In this document: piece after piece, positions 14,114 to 15,331 of the stretch
Layout: each line of letters opens with the position of its first letter
How positions within the stretch are numbered: position 1 is the stretch's first letter
Virus record (IMG/VR): IMGVR_UViG_2648501437_000028
Length of the DNA: 15,331 nt
Strand: one strand, 5' to 3'
From: a virus
Lineage: Duplodnaviria > Heunggongvirae > Uroviricota > Caudoviricetes
Notes under the pieces: generated by a model
Databases searched by the model: none
What the model saw: the letters and a program-made list of their open reading frames with translations, nothing else
What the model was told of the DNA's origin: nothing
Position numbers and translations under genes: made by a program

Positions 14114-15331
14114 TTATTTTCTTCTGGCTACGGGTAGCGTGGTTACGTTTTCATGTGTTCCCGCCAGTATCCCTAACCGCTCCGTCCACATATCCAGCGC
14201 ATTGCGTTTCGCATCCAGATAACGGGAATGATTATAAACTCGCTGCATTCCTGGCATCTGGTGGCCTGTAAGCTGCTCCACGACATGCGGATCAACGCCT
14301 AAATCGTTCAGCATGGTTGTAAAGGTGCGCCGGATGTCATGCAGTGACCAGTGAGGGTGATTAAGCCTCCTGTGCGCTAATCTTCCATACTGCGATACGC
14401 TGGCCTCCTGTTTCACTTCCCCCAGCAATAAGCCCGTGTGCCTGTTCTGCTCCACCAGCTGCGTGACGAACGGCAGGATCGCTTCCGGTATGGGCCGGAA
14501 TATTGCGACCTTCGTTTTGCTGTGCTCCTTCGGAACGGTCCATAGCATTTCCGTAAAATCCCACTCCCCGATCTCCGATAACCTCAGTTCTACCGTTCTG
14601 GCTCCGAAGACAATCAGGAGGCGGATTAACGCGACGTAGTAAGGGGAGAATATTTTTTTGTCCAGTGCCTGCAATAATTCGCCAAGTTCTTTGTTACTTA
14701 AGACACGTTCGCTTATATCCGGTTTTTTCCCAACGTCCGCAACGTTCAGATCGTCCAGAACGTTGCTGATTGCATAGCGCCGCCTACGGCAGAACTTAAG
14801 CGCCTGTTTGCACGCCTGTAGCACGAATCCGGCAGTAACAGGCGTTCGCTTTGCCACCTGGTCAAAACAGGCCAGCCAGTGCCGTAGCTCGCATTTATCC
14901 AGCGGCATAGCACCAATCTGCTGTATTACGTGATTATTAAGTCGCCTTTTCAGGGCGATATAATCCACGCGGTTTTCCTTTACGTAATACTCAAGCCAGT
15001 AGGTGAGCGCATCGCCAACCGTTACGGGCTTTAACGCTTCCTGTACGGTGTAATTCATCTCATGACGTGGATTTTTCCCCTCAGCCAGCCATGTGCGACA
15101 CTGTGCGGCTTTTTCCCTGGCTGCTTTCAGGCTCAGATCAGGATAACTTCCCAGCTTAATGCGTTCGGGTCGTGTCTCCCTTCCCGTTCCGGCCCTGTAT
15201 GTGAAATACCAGGTCAATTTCCCTGATGTTAAATATTTCACGCTCAGGTTTCCGCCATCACTATAAAACGTGTTTTTCTCCGCTGGCTTACCATGAAGTT
15301 TCCTTAGCAAGGTATCGCTCAGTTTGTTCAT
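14114..15331 (-). CDS. int: Tyrosine integrase (P4-like phage integrase family)
   Basis: 405 aa; C-terminal catalytic signature HDIRRT ... H ... RVYNHSRY (R, H-x-x-R, Tyr nucleophile); ATG is exactly at the window end. Confidence 0.9.
   Translation of the reverse strand: MNKLSDTLLRKLHGKPAEKNTFYSDGGNLSVKYLTSGKLTWYFTYRAGTGRETRPERIKLGSYPDLSLKAAREKAAQCRTWLAEGKNPRHEMNYTVQEALKPVTVGDALTYWLEYYVKENRVDYIALKRRLNNHVIQQIGAMPLDKCELRHWLACFDQVAKRTPVTAGFVLQACKQALKFCRRRRYAISNVLDDLNVADVGKKPDISERVLSNKELGELLQALDKKIFSPYYVALIRLLIVFGARTVELRLSEIGEWDFTEMLWTVPKEHSKTKVAIFRPIPEAILPFVTQLVEQNRHTGLLLGEVKQEASVSQYGRLAHRRLNHPHWSLHDIRRTFTTMLNDLGVDPHVVEQLTGHQMPGMQRVYNHSRYLDAKRNALDMWTERLGILAGTHENVTTLPVARRK

Larger units (their letters stand above)
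136..15331. mobile_element. Integrative phage satellite / capsid-forming PICI-like island; left junction near 136-145, right junction beyond the window
   Basis: Contiguous int, alpA, primase plus iterons, and a head-only morphogenesis and packaging module with no tail or lysis genes; tqsA truncated at the left end. Confidence 0.75.

Noticed and set aside
14022-14639. ORFs 14022-14222 (plus), 14361-14564 (minus), 14436-14639 (plus)
   Set aside because: They overlap the repeat array or the integrase gene in other frames.
1-15331. tRNA or tmRNA gene as integration target; Ogr/Delta-type zinc-finger late activator
   Set aside because: No tRNA-like cloverleaf was recognised in the intergenic regions and the left junction is inside a protein gene; no small four-Cys protein is present (the PerC-like protein has a single Cys).

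Overview
Almost the whole 15.3 kb window is one integrative phage-satellite-like element on the minus strand. Its architecture matches what is described for capsid-forming phage-inducible chromosomal islands (cf-PICIs) and P4-like satellites. Reading right to left: tyrosine integrase (14114-15331), AlpA-family regulator, a short plus-strand pair (ribbon-helix-helix regulator and a basic 57-aa protein) facing a repeat-rich switch region, an operon of small unknown genes, a P4-alpha-like primase/helicase, an iteron block that is the likely origin, SSB, a PerC-like regulator, then a complete head and packaging module (major capsid protein, prohead protease, portal, head-tail adaptor, connector, HNH endonuclease, TerS, TerL). 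No tail, lysis or tail-fibre genes are present. The window starts with the first ~45 codons of the host AI-2 exporter gene tqsA, which then diverges, so the element appears inserted into tqsA; the integrase-proximal junction lies beyond the window end. The 145-860 stretch is non-coding and unusually dense in palindromes and phased repeats. All protein calls are from reading the translations (motifs and remembered family resemblance); no database search was run. CDS coordinates follow the ORF track; short-motif coordinates were located by eye and should be treated as +/-2 bp.
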